NCBI GenBank assembly: GCA_951406725.2
Contig: OX597817.1
Coordinates: 15,252,001-15,316,000 of the forward strand
From: Octopus vulgaris
Lineage: Eukaryota
Reading direction: 5' to 3'
Length of the DNA stretch: 64,000 nt
Part shown: positions 1 to 56,929 of the stretch, one piece after another
Position numbering within the stretch: position 1 is the stretch's first letter
Layout of the letters: every line of letters begins with the position of its first letter
Made by a program: the position numbers and the translations under genes
The notes under the pieces: generated by a model
What the model was told of the DNA's origin: nothing
Seen by the model: the letters and a program-made list of their open reading frames with translations, nothing else
Database searches by the model: none

Positions 1-2600
1 GTACCCCCATCTATTTTGCTGATGTAAAAAAATCACCATGAGTATCAATCAGTAGATTTTCTTTACTGATACAGTCAAGTTATGATGCAGTATGAAGGAC
101 AAGATCATGCATTTAAATCTTGCTGCATCAACTGTATTCTGTCTTAAGCATATCAATGTATGCATTAGTTTGTCTAACAAAAGACTGCTTTATATAGTCA
201 GGTATCTTTTGTAAAACAGGAACAAAAGTAAAAGAAAAAAAACAATAAAGAAAAATTCAAGGGTGCTACAGAAAAGGGGAACAAAAAAGACATAATAAGT
301 ATTAATTCTGAATAGTAGCAAAACTATTTGGTATAGAATAGTCCACAAGTTGAATAATCTATTAATCAAAGCAGGTCATTTATGTCAACCTTGTAAACAA
401 TTTTGAAAATAGTAGTAGGCTTATTGATCTTAGAAAATATATAACATTAAAGTCACTCTAAGCTGGGACTATTTATTTGTTAATTATTATCAACATGAAA
501 CAGAGAATGTTTTTAAATAAAAACATTTTAAAAAATTGCATAAAGAGTGTTTTAATTGTCCTACACATAAGTGTATATAATGAATTCTATCAACTTTTCC
601 ATCAGAAAATCTAGAACCTGTCTCCAACAGAACATATCTAACAATATTTGGAAGCCTAAATTGTTTCATAGCGTCTTCTACAGCAACTAATCTTTTATAA
701 AGCATCAATACACTACAAACATGTATACATCAAAACACATACTCTACAAGAAATAGGCTCTAATTTCTGAATAAGCTTACACTCATCAATGTTTTCCAGC
801 CACTGGCACACTGTTCTTTCACTGACCTTTGAAGCATAAATACAATGGGCCTATGTATCTTTGAAATAGTTAAGCAGAGACTGTTCCTCTTAAAGCTAAC
901 TGATACATATGTTCTCTTCTCATCACCTTCAGTGTTCCACCTTTACAGACTGCATAACTAAAATATATTTTTCTATATCCTTCATCAATTAAAACTTAAT
1001 TTCAGTTGCATTTTCCCCATTTCATATATCTTCCCTTCATCAACAAACCTGTAACAATTAAAAATAAGTGTTAACTAAACTAATCCCATACAATCAAGAT
1101 ATAGACTCTCTTTCTCTCGCTCTTCTCAGATCAGTATATTCAGCGAAAATAGTTAGGATCTAGTAATCATATATTAAATATATAATTTGCACAAGAATAT
1201 TTATTTCCTGGTAAGGGTAAAATACTAAGTAGAAACAAAACTATGCTAGATTTAAATCCTTAGTAATATTTAGTTCTAACCCCACATGTTCTGAGTTCAA
1301 ATCCTATCAAGGTTGACATACACTTCTGAGAATCAATAAAATAAGCACCAGTCAGGTAAAGGTTGACTTGATTGACTGTACACCCACCCTGAAAATTTCT
1401 AGTTCATAACAATAATTATTTCCTTGTGAGAATGATTTTATAAAGAATAGAAGGACCACTTCTTGTTAATTGTTTTTTTAATTTTGGGAGTTTTAGTTAT
1501 AAATATTAAGTAATAACTCAAATCCCATGCACCTAAATCTTCCTTTCTCTGTCTTAAGCCCAGTTATCAACACTAACTACTTCATAACACTTTACTTTTA
1601 CCTAGCTTAGATGATCTAATCTTATATTCAGTAAACACAGTTTTATCTCTTCATTTTCCTATCTTTTTTTTTTACACTGATATTGCTTGTAGTTTATTTG
1701 AATGCATTATATCAGACAGACCAAACTCTAAGCATGCAACCCTAACCTTATTCAATGTGTTTATTTACTAATTACATTTCATGAAATATTTTATGACACA
1801 AGCATAAATGGGAAATAATTTTTTTTTAGTGTAGAGGTAGAAATTTCAGTGTCCTTAATAAGGTAAATGGATCTATGCATTTCCAGGTTTTACTTTCCAT
1901 ATTGCTTAGCTCATTCGAACAAAGGAACTTAATTTTTTACTTTATGTGAAATATCGCAACAGTTCATAATCTTTCAGTTAATGCATTTACAAGTGCCTCT
2001 TCTAATTGATTTTTAAGTATAAGGGTGTGGGGTGAAAATGTGGCTTAAGAACAATCTAAATGATCCCTAAAACTTATACTTAATGTGATGATTTATGTAA
2101 ACTCTTTTAGCAATATCCTCCACAGCTGGAACCACTCTTACAAATTATTTATCATAAGAGATTATTGTTATTTAGGACAGGATGTAGCTGTTATCTGAAA
2201 TAATTCTTGAAACAGCTATTATTTCTTATGACAAAAAAAATACTTGTATTTAAAATGAATGTGAAAAAAGTTTAAGCAAAAGAACTGTAAAACAAAAATT
2301 AAAAAGAATAACAAAAATGAAAAAAAAAACTGAAATAAAGTGTAAACATTTTACCAATTTCAACCAGTACTCTATAAATAATGTTAATAAGGTATCTCTA
2401 AATCTATTTTTTTATAACTGAGATAACTTCCTTTTCACAATAAATGAAGGGTTTTAGTTTGCTTATATTAGTAAGAAGCTCATAAAGAATGTTAATTTGT
2501 ATGTAATTGAAGTATCTATTTGTGCACAGCTAGAGGATACCAATTGGGGTTTATTCTGACTTGCTATGGATTTAAGAAGTGAGAAGTAACCAATATTCAC

Positions 2601-45472
<42,872 letters not shown>

Positions 45473-45897
45473 GGTAACTTCTGTCAATTTGAAGAAAAAA
45501 AATCAAAAAAAAATCAGTAAAATGTAGATAACAAGAAGTAAAGATCAAGTGTTTTATTTCGTCACAAGAAAACAAATGAGATGATAATTTTTAAGATTGT
45601 AGGCAGAGACCAATCAACAGGTGGTTTTTCTAAAATTTTCAAAAGAAGAATTCTTTAGAAGCAGTTACTGCAGTGTAACCAACCATACAGGAAATAAATA
45701 CGCAATTGGTTTTCTACCAATAAGCAAAAGGTAAGCATTTCTTAAAAAAAAAAAAAAATCTTTTCAATCAGTTAAATCTATTCCAGTCATATTTAACCAG
45801 ATTTTTTCTTTTACCAATTTCTCTTGAAATAAACTGTTTTTCTTTCAATTGAATTTTAAAAAAATAATGAAGATAATAAAATGATTTGATCAAATGT

Positions 45898-46143
45898 CAT
45901 CATCATCATCATCATCGTTTAGCGTCCGTTTTCCATGCTAGCATGGGTTGGACGGGTCAACTGGGGTCTCTGAAGCTGGAAGGCTTCGTCAGGCCCAGTC
46001 AGATCTGGCAGTGTTTCTACGGCTGGATGCCCTTCCTAACGCCAACAACTCCGCAAGTGTAGTGGGTGTTTTTTACGTGCCACCTGCACAGGTGCCAGAC
46101 AGAGCTGGCGAACGGACACGAATGGATGGTGCTTTTACGTGTC
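45898..46143 (-). repeat. Family B RTE-tail repeat
   Basis: Reverse copy with (CAT)n. Confidence 0.85.
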
Positions 46144-46821
46144 AAATGTGAAATTTAAATGAGAAGTCTATTTAGATGACTTTAAAAGAGGAAGTTTGTA
46201 TCATGAAACTGAAGGCAATCTTGGGTAGGTTGGTATCAAAAGGGTTAAGCTATACAAACTTGAGAAAATATGTTGTGAAAATGTAATACAAGTTGATGCA
46301 GAACTTGAAAGAAATTCTTATGATCAGCACTTAAGGATATCTAAACAAACAACAGAGATCATAAGCAATAATTTAAATAACTGTTATGAAAACAGAAATA
46401 TACTAGCGATATATTGGCATATAATGCATGAGGATTAGAAGATAGAGATAACAGATTAAAATATTTACTTTAAAAACAGAGGCTTTTATGAACAGACAGA
46501 AATAGACAATTGAGACAACGAAAACAGGGTTAGTCTAAAAATCAATGTTGATGCAGGGATGACAAGATCATATATCCTAGAATTAAAACTGACATTGCAA
46601 ACAAATTAAAATTCAAAATCTATATTGCTATACTTAAGATCTGACACTCACTCACACAACACTATACTGGCTGGTTAAAATAACTGACACTTCCATAATT
46701 TCTCATAGGCAGGTATCAAAAAAATTTTTTTTACATCCTATGAGGACCTTACTGTTGTTTCTAGTCATGTGACAACAACAACAATATGCACACACACAAA
46801 CACACATGTATGTGAGAGCAT

Positions 46822-47230
46822 ACTCTCTTTTACTTGTTTCAGTCATTTGACTGCGGCCATGCTGGAGCACCACCTTTAGTCGAGGAAATCGACCCCGGGA
46901 CTTATTCTTTGTAAGCCCAGTACTTATTCTATCGATCTCTTTTGCCGAACCACTAAGTGACAGGGACGTAAACACACCAGCATCGGTTGTCAAGCAATGC
47001 TAGGGGGACAAACACAGACTCGTAAACATACACACAAATACATACATATATCTATATACATATATATACGACAGGCTTCTTTCAGTTTCCGTCTACCAAA
47101 TCCACTCACAAGGCATTGGTCGGCCCGAGGCTATAGCAGAAGACACTTGCCTAAGATGCCACGCAGTGGGACTGAACCCGGAACCATGTGGTTGGTAAGC
47201 AAGCTACTTACCACACAGCCACTCCTGCGC
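46822..47230 (-). mobile_element. SINE family A
   Basis: Full-length reverse copy. Confidence 0.9.
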
Positions 47231-47439
47231 ATAACTAACAATATTTATGCATAACACACTGTCTATTAGAAACTTAAGTTGAAATTCCAGGTAGTTAAGC
47301 TACAGATTTATTTAAAACCAATTGTACACAGAAAAATAAAAGGGACTTTCCTGACATGTTTGAAGACCAATTACTAGGGGAGAAGTACTCTTTCAGTCTT
47401 CTGTGTACTATTTAAGTAAAACATAAATCAGAAAGTTAT

Positions 47440-47657
47440 ATGGCAGACACGTTAGCGCGCCGGGCGAAATGCTTAGCGGTATTTCGTCTGTCGTTACGTT
47501 CTGAGTTCAAATTCCGCCGAGGTCAACATTGCCTTTCATTCTTTCGGGGTCGATAAATAAAGTACCAGTTTCGCACTGGGGCGATATAATCGACTCAATC
47601 CCTTCGTCTGTCCTTGTTTGTCCCCTCTATGTTTAGCCCCTTCTGGGCAGTAAAGAA
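47440..47657 (+). mobile_element. Family C SINE
   Basis: gagttcaaattcc B box and gcctttcat...ggggtcgataaa domain. Confidence 0.85.
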
Positions 47658-48416
47658 AAATATATAATAGCTAGACTAATTTGGATTTAGTACTGGTGAG
47701 ATTAAATAAAGATAAATTTAAGTAGTAAGATTACAGTTTACACACACACACACACACACACACACTGTTTCCGTAGAATACTGTAAATGAATGACGTTAT
47801 TTGAGTGACAGTGACTCTATTTACAACTATGATGCAATATCAAGAAAAGGATACACCCATATAATGAGCTTCCTTCAATTTTCAGCAACCAAATCCACTC
47901 CTAAAGCTTTGGTCAGCCCCTGGGCTACAATGGAAGACACTAGCCAAAGGCACTTTGTGACAGGATTGAACCAGAAACCATGTTGTTGGGAAGCAAATAT
48001 TTTAACACCTGCAGAAGTTTGTGAATATATAGGATTGTGTGTGTACATTTGTGTATGTGTATACATATATATTTAAACACACACACACACACAAACATGC
48101 ATACATACACACACACAGTGTATTAGTCAGGGTGTTGCACTCACAATTGTTAGATCATGTGTTTGATTTTTGGACTGGAGGGCATATTGTGTTCTTGAGG
48201 AAAACACTACATTTCATGTTGCTCCAGTTCATTCAGCTGTAAATGAATTAATTCCAAGAGGGAGTAGCCCTCTGAACAGTGGGAATGTTGGCCTGCTTGC
48301 CTAGCCAGTGAGATGGCATCATTCGAAAGCTAAAATGATGCAAAGTTCATTGTGACCAGTGATGTATAACAACATCTGATAGTCTAGTTGAATACGTGAT
48401 ATATACACACATATAC

Positions 48417-48459
<43 letters not shown>

Positions 48460-48463
48460 ATAA

Positions 48464-48626
48464 AATAATATGTTACATTACTCGATAGTCAAGATAAAAC
48501 TCTGAGTTTCAGATGCTGAAGTGGAAATCCACTTCAGCATCTCTTCGGTTATCTGGCGTGGATTCCCACTTCGGCATCTGAAACTCAGAGTTTTATCTTG
48601 ACTATCAAGTAATGTAACATATTATT
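48464..48626. repeat. Near-perfect inverted repeat (arms about 67 bp) in a (TA)n-flanked element
   Basis: aataatatgttacattac...gtgg / ccac...gtaatgtaacatattatt. Confidence 0.95.
48492..48554 (-). ncRNA. Hammerhead-like motif with a long stem II
   Basis: AGAUAA / CCGAAGA / GAUGCUGAAGUGG-auuu-CCACUUCAGCAUC-U / GAAA / CUC-a-GAG / UU / UUAUCU. Confidence 0.6.
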
Positions 48627-48790
48627 ATTAAATAGATAAAAGGTCTCTTTCTTTCTTTTGTTATCTTAGTTTTACATAATATTAAGACCAGTGGTCTCAT
48701 ATTAAAAGAATCAAGATTAAAATATTTATATATTCAAAGTGGAAGTTTGTTATCATTACACGTTCAGATCAAACTCAACACAGTTGAGTT

Positions 48791-48848
<58 letters not shown>

Positions 48849-49082
48849 AAAATAAGGGTGAAAAAATTGAATATTAATTAGTAACATCAATTCAAACACC
48901 AAGTGGCCTAGCGTATAAAAGACTGGGATACAGTAAAAATTATTAATGCAAAACAATATGAGAGAGTCCACTATGTGGACGCTCTAATGCTAGATATAGA
49001 TCCGCAAAGGGAATCAGCCACCAAAGAATTGTTCTCAAGAATTAATTCAACACGCCAAGAACGTAAGCAAGCAGGACAAATG

Positions 49083-49121
<39 letters not shown>

Positions 49122-49726
49122 TTAACATTTCTAAGTCTCTCTAAATACACATATATGTGTTATCTCTACACCTGTGTGTGTGTGTGCATTATAAGTATAC
49201 ATTTGTTTTTGCAGAGACAAATGTATGTATGATATACAGTTGACAAACAATATATATAGCTGTTGCTAAGTTTTATGATTGTCTAAACTTGAGGAACTTC
49301 AAAGAAAAAAAACTGATAAAACTGGTAATCAGAAAATGACAAGATGTGTCTATACTAACAGCCTTTCTGCCAACATTTTATTTCCTGCCTGACTTCCCCT
49401 GCTGTATGTTAATTACCACCCCCATCTGATTTCAAATATAAAGTATTTTCCAAAGTCAATCTAGTATAGTTGCTAGCCATCTCAGCACTGAAGAATTGTC
49501 AGTCTTTGTAGTCCCCTAATGTTACATATAAAAGATACATGTCTCTGGTAATTTGACAATAAGTCTTGGTTGTGTAATATGCATTACATAGCTAATAATT
49601 ACATTATGTTAATGGAATGTACGTAAGATGATGTAACTAAATATCTTTGAAACAATCTCTCATGTCTTGTATTGTTTTCTCTCTTTATATCTACAGTCTG
49701 ACTGTCTGTATGTGTGTGTGTGTGTA

Positions 49727-49773
<47 letters not shown>

Positions 49774-50086
49774 GTCATTGTTATCGCTGTTTGAATGGTT
49801 AGACAACAACTGATGATCCAGAGGACTAAACCAAGTACTAATATCTGATCTGGCTTGGTTTCTACGACTGGTTACCTTTTTAAATGGCAACCACATTACA
49901 GAGTGTATTAAGTGCCTTTTTTTCATGGCACTAGAACTACTGAGGTCACTAGGTACCTTGCAAGTAGTACTGAGGAACATGGCTTTATACCAGGTGTATG
50001 ATAGGGGTACTGAAATAGGTATCTTGCATAGCTTCCTCATTTGAAAAGAGAGAAAGTGAGAGTGTACCCTCAAAGTACAAGGTGAA

Positions 50087-50484
50087 TGTGCCGGTTGCAC
50101 ATAAAAAGCACCATCTGAACGTGGCCGTAGCCAGCGCCGACTCGACTGGCTTCTGTGCCGGTGGCACATAAAAAGCACCATCCAAACGTGGCCGTTGCCA
50201 GCGCCGCCTTGGCTGGCTTCCGTGCCGGTGGCACGTTAAAAGCTCCAACCGATCGTGACCGATGCTGGATCCCCCTGGCACCTGTGCAGGTGGCACGTAA
50301 AAAGCACCCACTACACTCACGGAGTGGTTGGCGTTAGGAAGGGCATCCAGCTGTAGAAACTCTGCCAGATCAGACTGGAGCTTGGTGTAGCCCCTGGCTT
50401 CCCAGACCCCAGTCGAACCGTCCAACCCATGCTAGCGCGGAAAACGGACGTTAAACGATGATGATGATGATGATGATGATGATG
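50087..50484 (+). repeat. Family B RTE-tail repeat (about 4 units)
   Basis: Tandem units plus (GAT)n tail. Confidence 0.85.
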
Positions 50485-51225
50485 AATAGGGTACCAAGAT
50501 AAGTAGGTTCTCAAGAGTGTAAAAAGAGTACGACAGATAGCAGTGGATGCAGTGAATGGGACACTTGGGTGGGAAACATGGTGAATATCAATTTGGGGGT
50601 AGAATGAAGGAAACAGGAGTAGTTCAAGGAGGAGGTGGTGGTGACAAATACATACATTAACATCATCGTTTTAACATCTACTTGTCCATTCTTGTATGAG
50701 TCAGACAAAAGTATGTTAAGGTAGAGTTTTCTATGGCTGAACACCTTTCTGTTGCCAACTGCACTTGTGGGATAATAACTTCCTGTTCTATCAATCAACA
50801 AACAGCCCAGAAGTGGAAACAAATGTCACAGTATGAATGAGCCCTTTGTCTACAAAGATCACAGAATATGTGAAGAAGTCCAAACAGATTTCCTTGTTGA
50901 ATTGCAAGTAAACAACACTGTCAAGAAGCCATTGTTTACAAACCAGTGAATCCGTGGGAAATACAAACTCTCACACAAATATACACAATGAGCTTCTTTT
51001 AGTTTCTGTTGACAAAATCCACTCATGAGGCTTTGGTTGGCCCTAGGCCCAATAGTGCCACACAGTGGAACTGAACCTGAAATCATGTAGTCGAGAAGTG
51101 AAACTCTAAACCAGGGCCTTGTCTACACCAATAGCCACATGCATATATGCCAGTTACAGTCTTAGTTACTTACATTCAAAATATGTCCCATCATTATGAA
51201 ACACTGTATGTAATTATGTAAACAT

Positions 51226-51611
51226 ATGTGCCACTGGCCTTGTGCCGGTGGCACGTAAAAAGCACCATCTGTTCGTGTCCGTTGCCAGCACCGCCCCGAC
51301 TGGCCTCGTGCCGGTGGCACGTAAAAAGCACCATCCGTTCGTGGCCGTTGCCAGCCTCGCCTGGCCCCCGTGTCGGTGGCACATAAAAAGCACCATCCGA
51401 TCGTGGCCGTTTGCCAGACTCGTCTGGCACCTGTACCGGTGGCACGTAAAAAGCACCCACTACACTCATGGAGTGGTTGGCGTTAGGAAGGGCATCCAGT
51501 CGTAGAAACATTGCCAGATCAAACTGGGCCTGGTGCAGCCTTCTGGCTTCCCAGACCCCAGTTGAACCGTCCAACTAGCATGGAAAGCGGACGCTAAACG
51601 ATGATGATGAT
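51226..51611 (+). repeat. Family B RTE-tail repeat (about 4 units)
   Basis: Tandem units plus (GAT)n tail. Confidence 0.85.
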
Positions 51612-51869
51612 ATCTACACACACACATACATACATATGTACATATATTCAACTTTTGATGCCAATCTACCTGAGACTGCCCCTAGTTCCACAATACAAAC
51701 TTTTTGCTTTAAAGTGATCTAATTTAAAACCTTCCATCAATATTTCATATTAATTTATGTTTTAAACATCAGTTTTAGAGAGACAAAGTTATATTCAAAA
51801 TTCTTCATTATTTTCAGAATTAATTGTAACAAAAGTAGTGGATTTCCTCAGAAACATGGTAACAAAATG

Positions 51870-52445
51870 GTTAAGCACGTGAAGTAACAAGGATCAAAGT
51901 AATGATGCGTTCTTGCACACCAGTCAAAGGAGATCTGTTTAGGGAGTAAGGAATTGAGCATATGTGCTACATGCCCACTCCACTGTAGCTGGAATTTCCG
52001 CAGGAAAACATACATGCTTGACATAATTAACTCTCTCAAGCACAGTTGTATTGGGAATTTTATCCTGCCACTTGATGTTAAGAATTTTTGGCAGGCATTG
52101 TTAGGTGGAAGTGGTTAAGTTTTTTGGCATGTCTTTGATAAACAGTTCAGGTCTTACAGCCATAAAGTAGTGTAGTCATCATTTTTGCTTTTACAGTCAA
52201 GCTGCATCTTTTCTAAAGCTTGAGATAAAGACATCTAAAGGCAGCGCTGACTTTTGCTATCTTTGCATTCACTTCATCATCACTGTGAACACTCCTTGAC
52301 TGTGTACTTCCAAGGTAGGTGAATATCTTTACTGCCTGGAGAGAGATACTTGTTGATTGTCAGGAGTGGTGCTGCTGCATGGCCTCAGTCTTTTTGAGAC
52401 TGATTGTGAGACCAAAGTTATAACAAGCTGAAGATCTTTCTTCAT
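51870..52445 (-). pseudogene. RTE LINE, 3' part of RT (second RTE family)
   Basis: SACYNFGLTISLKKTE, FTYLGST...DDEVNAKIAKVSAAF, LQWSGHV. Confidence 0.85.
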
Positions 52446-52449
52446 TTTA

Positions 52450-53977
52450 AAAAGCTTCAGGACAAGTAAATCCATTTGCTACCTAGCAGGTTGCACTACT
52501 TTAAGCATAGGCTAAGGGAATCAACCCTAAAAGAAAATCAGGAATTGAGCCCCTACAGGCAGTAGGACAGTTATGTCTCACTCTGGCAGCTCTTTCATCT
52601 AGCACTTCTCAGTTGTCTTCTGACTTGCCACTGGATACCAGAAGAGCAGGAAGAGGTGGTGGCAGTGGCTGTGCAATTCAGTACTGGTTTACTTTTTTTT
52701 TGGGGGGGGGGGGGTCTCTGTGAAAGTCTTGTGGTGATGAGGGTGTGGCAATGACAGCAAACCTGGAACTGGAAAGCTGGAAGCTGTCGGTCACAAACTC
52801 ATACACTAGGCAGTTCAGGGTATTTGGTTATTGCTTGGCAGATGAAGTATTGCTTATAGGAAAACAATTGGCAGAACACTTTGACACTGTCTTAAATCAC
52901 CCCTTTCTTATAAATGTTGAGGCAATAAACCAGCTATCACAGCTGCCCACTGACTATCAATTGAGTGACTCACCTATACTTTGTGAAATTCAAGTGGCTA
53001 ATATGACAAGCCAACAGTAAAGCTCCCAGGTCTGGTGCAGTTTCTGCTGAGGTCTATATGCCCAGTGGACATAAAATATATCGTCATCATCACATCATTG
53101 TTTAATGTCCGCTTTCCATGCTGGCATGGCTTGGACAATTTGACTGAGGATTGGTGAACCAGATGGCTACACCAGGCTGCAATCTGATCTAGCAGAGCTT
53201 CTACAGCTGGATGCCCTTCCTAACGCCAACCACTCCAAGACTACGAGAATACTACTCACCCTGTTTACTAAAATGTAGGAGCATAAACTAATTCCATAAG
53301 AATTCAAAGATGTCTGCATTGTACATCTCTATAAAAGAAAAGGAAGCAACCAACAGTGTAACAATCATAGTGGCATATCACTCATGCCATTCACAGAAAA
53401 AATCCTAGCATAGATTATGCTTAATTGGCTCATATATCTTGAGTCCGGGCCTCTTCCTGAGAGTAAGTGAGGTTTCCAAAAATTTCACAGGACCATGGAC
53501 ATAATTTTTGCTGCAAGACAGTTGCAAGGAAAATGTCTGGAAAAAAATCAAGACTTCTATACTGTATTCATTGACCTAACCAAGGCCTTTGATACTGTAA
53601 GCAGACAAGGCCTGTGGAAACTAATGAAGAAATTTAGTTACCCAAATGAGTTAATTAACATGACACATCAGTTCCACGATTGCATGCAAGTTCATGTCTT
53701 GAATGATGGAAAATTCTCAGCACCTTTCTCTGTGACCAAAAATGTGAAACAGGGATGTGTCCTAGTACCCACGTTCTTCAGCTTGATGTTTAGTGGAGTG
53801 CTTCGCAATATGTTCTCCCATGATACATCTGCATCCAGATCAGATACAGGTATGATGGTGGTCTTTTTACGAACAGCCACATGAAAGCTAAGACTAAAAC
53901 CAGGATAACTAAGGGAGCTCCTCTTTTGCTGATGTTTATGCTCTGGACACAAACTCTGAAGCAGATCTTTAACATGC
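52450..53977 (+). pseudogene. RTE LINE, putative 5'UTR plus N-terminal part of RT, inverted relative to 51870-52445
   Basis: KAPRSGA, DIIFAARQLQGKC, FIDLTKAFDTVSR, VKQGCVLVPTFF, ELLFADV; interrupted by a repeat at 53083-53238. Confidence 0.85.
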
Positions 53978-54588
53978 AAAGAACAAGCCTGGAGTGCATG
54001 GAATAAGCTTCAAAACATCTGTATTTCATGTATTTCAAAGTGAACAAGGCTGGCCTTCTTCAGGACACGTGTAGAGAGCATCCTTATCTATGAACCTAAA
54101 CTGTACTATGTGGTAGGATTACTTTGATGGTACATACACTAGGTTTCTCATGAGGGCTCAAAGTATCACATGACCTGACCAAGAGATCAAAGAGGAGTTT
54201 TATGGATTTTCAATAGTAGTGCGAAAATTATAATTTTTGGAGAATAAAAAAAGATCATTGATTTGATTATAATGAAGGACTTTATAAAGCACTACTTCTA
54301 AGTTATAGCCTAAATCCAAATATATACAACTTTTTTATACACTGTTCAGCATGCAGTATTGAAATGTGGGAGTTTAAACACAGTTTGAATATTGAGCCCT
54401 AATTCCTATGGTAATGTGTCATATATTAAAGTACATCACAAAATGCGCATTTGTGCGGGTGTATATATATATATATATACATATGTAAAAAAATACAAAC
54501 TGGGACAAGAACACAAAACATTTAGAAGATGATACAAAAACACGGACGTGGATTTGATACAAGAACTGGATCATCCTCGCAATTTCGG

Positions 54589-54639
<51 letters not shown>

Positions 54640-54640
<1 letters not shown>

Positions 54641-54861
54641 CTTTTATTCTTTTACTTGTTTCAGTCATTTGACTGCAGCCATGCTGGAAGGCCACCTTTA
54701 GTCGAACAAATTGACCCCAGGACTTGTTCTTTGTAAGCCTAGTACTTATTCTATCATTCTTTTTTTGCCGAACTTCTAAGTGATGGGGACATAAACACAC
54801 CAACATTGGTTGTCAAGCGATGGTAGGGGGACAAACACAGATGCAAATAACAAATACATAT

Positions 54862-54896
<35 letters not shown>

Positions 54897-55028
54897 CACA
54901 CACATACAACAGGCTTCTTTCAGTTTCTGTCTCACAAGACTTGGGTTGGCCTGAGGTTATAGAAGACACTTGCCCAAGGTGCCATGCAGTGGGACTGGAC
55001 CGGGATCCATGTGGTTGGAAAGCAAGCT
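54640..55028 (-). mobile_element. SINE family A, older diverged copy
   Basis: Recognisable head, body and tail with many substitutions. Confidence 0.8.
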
Positions 55029-55064
55029 TCATATATATATTGTTTGAATTGGTGTACATATTTA

Positions 55065-55520
55065 TCATCATCATCAACATTATCATTTAATGTCTGCTCT
55101 CCATACTGGCATGGGTTGGACAGCTTGAGTGAGGACTGGTAACCCAGGAGGCTACACCAGGCTCCAATCTGATCTGCTAAGGTTTGTACAGCTGGATGTC
55201 CTTCCTAACACCAACCACTTTGAGAGTGTAGTGGGTGTTTTTTACATACTACAGGCATGGGGGCCAGTCAGGTGGAACTGACACCGACCATGCTTGAATG
55301 GTACCTTTTATGTGCAACTGGCACGGGAGCAAGTCAGGTGGAACTGGCATCAACCATGCCCAAATGGTGCTTTTTACATGCCACCAGCACTGGCATCGGC
55401 CATGCTCAAATGGTGCCTTTTATGTGCCACCAGCACAGGTGCCAGTCAGGCGGCACTGGCATTGGCCACAACTACAATTTCACTTGACTCAACACATCTT
55501 CTCAAGCACAGCATATCGCC
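55065..55520 (-). repeat. Family B RTE-tail repeat, diverged
   Basis: Reverse copy with degenerate units. Confidence 0.75.
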
Positions 55521-55712
55521 TGATGATTGAAGGGTACATTCAAACACACACATACTTATATGCATGCTAATGGAGATGAATGACAGAAAAACTAAGCAAC
55601 ACCAGCAGAAGCAGAATACAAATAATTGAATTGTCAGCATGAAACCGGAAACTAGAATTTTCAACAAATGATTTGATGCCTGTATTGTTAATCATTCATT
55701 TTTATTAGACCA

Positions 55713-56088
55713 CTAGCAGTATCGCCCGGCGTTGCTCGGGTTTGTAAGGGAAATAACTATAAAAGCATTTTTAGAGAGTTATAGCCAAAAAATAGCAAAA
55801 AAATGCATTAAAAATGGAAAAAAAAAATGATGGTAAATTTTTTTTTAAATCGTTGACTCATCGTAGACATTTTTAGAGAGTTACTTCCCTCATATAATAG
55901 CAAAAAAAATGCATTAAAATGGGAAAAAAATGACTCATCGTAGACGCGCGCTAATACCCAGAAGGGCTCGATATGAATCACGACTATAAGATACCCGGTT
56001 TTGGTTAAACTGCACCGCAAAATGTGGGAGTAGTTAGGAATCTAAATCGTAGGAGACAGACACACAACTTGACGTTTATATATAAAGA
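55713..56088 (-). mobile_element. Non-autonomous Helitron
   Basis: On the minus strand: 5' TC start, 3' hairpin CCCGAGCAACGCCGGG followed by CTAG end, inserted between A and T with no TSD; internal direct repeats. Confidence 0.85.
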
Positions 56089-56334
56089 TATATATAAAAA
56101 CAACACTTATCACTCCAGACTGAAAATTGAGTGGGGAGTTTATGTTACACACTCTCTCTCTCTCTTTAACTTTTCATCTAACCTTTTTATTCCTTTGCTA
56201 AACTCATTTATGAAACTATTATGATAGTACAATCTGTTAATCAATAAACGGACTATACCAATATATATTATTGAGTTTTCTCTTTGTACTCATATTGATT
56301 ACTCTATTTTTGTTTTCATATGAATTCATTTACA

Positions 56335-56388
<54 letters not shown>

Positions 56389-56389
<1 letters not shown>

Positions 56390-56772
56390 GGTGCAGGCAT
56401 GGCTGTATGGGAAGAAGCTTACTTTCCAACCACATGGTTCTCGGTTCAGTTCCATTTTGTGGCATCTTGGGCAAGTGTCTTCTACTATAGCCTCAAGTTG
56501 ATCAACCCCATGTGAGTGGGTTTGATACAGAGAAACGGAAAGAAACCTGTTGTGTGTGTGTGTCTTTGTGTTTGTTCCTCACCACTGTTTAACAACCGGT
56601 GTTAGTGTGTTTATGTCCCTGTAACTTAGTTTGGAAAAAATGACTGATGGAATAAGTACCAAAATTACAAGAAAGAAAAAGGAGTACTGCAGTTGATTTG
56701 TTTGGCTAAAATTCTTTGCAGTGATGCCCTTGCATGATTGCAGTCTGAAGACTGAAACAAGTTAAAAAGTAA
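56389..56772 (+). mobile_element. SINE family A, older diverged copy
   Basis: Degenerate A/B boxes and tail. Confidence 0.75.
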
Positions 56773-56787
56773 ACGAATATATATATA

Positions 56788-56929
56788 CTTTATTTAAAAC
56801 AGCAGAAAATTCAACAAAACCTGTTACTCTGAGTTTCCCGTTGCCGTTCAGCAAAAAACTGTCCGATGAACGGCAACGGGAAACTCAGAGTAACAGGTTT
56901 TGTTGAATTTTCTGCTGCTTTAAATAAAG
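56788..56929. repeat. Near-perfect inverted repeat (arms about 63 bp) in a (TA)n-flanked element
   Basis: ctttatttaaaacagcag...gccgttca / tgaacggc...ctgctgctttaaataaag. Confidence 0.95.
56859..56896 (+). ncRNA. Minimal hammerhead-like motif
   Basis: CUGU / CCGAUGA / A-CG-gcaa-CG-G / GAAA / CUC-a-GAG / UA / ACAG. Confidence 0.6.

Noticed and set aside
490-1050. Minus-strand ORF 490-708 and nearby AG/GT pairs as a further exon of the host gene
   Set aside because: No recognisable family similarity and no clean phase-0 exon I can support
54484-54590. Additional (TA)n-embedded fragments (also 48843-49084) as ribozyme elements
   Set aside because: Probably ends of the same class of elements, but I could not fold a hammerhead on either strand
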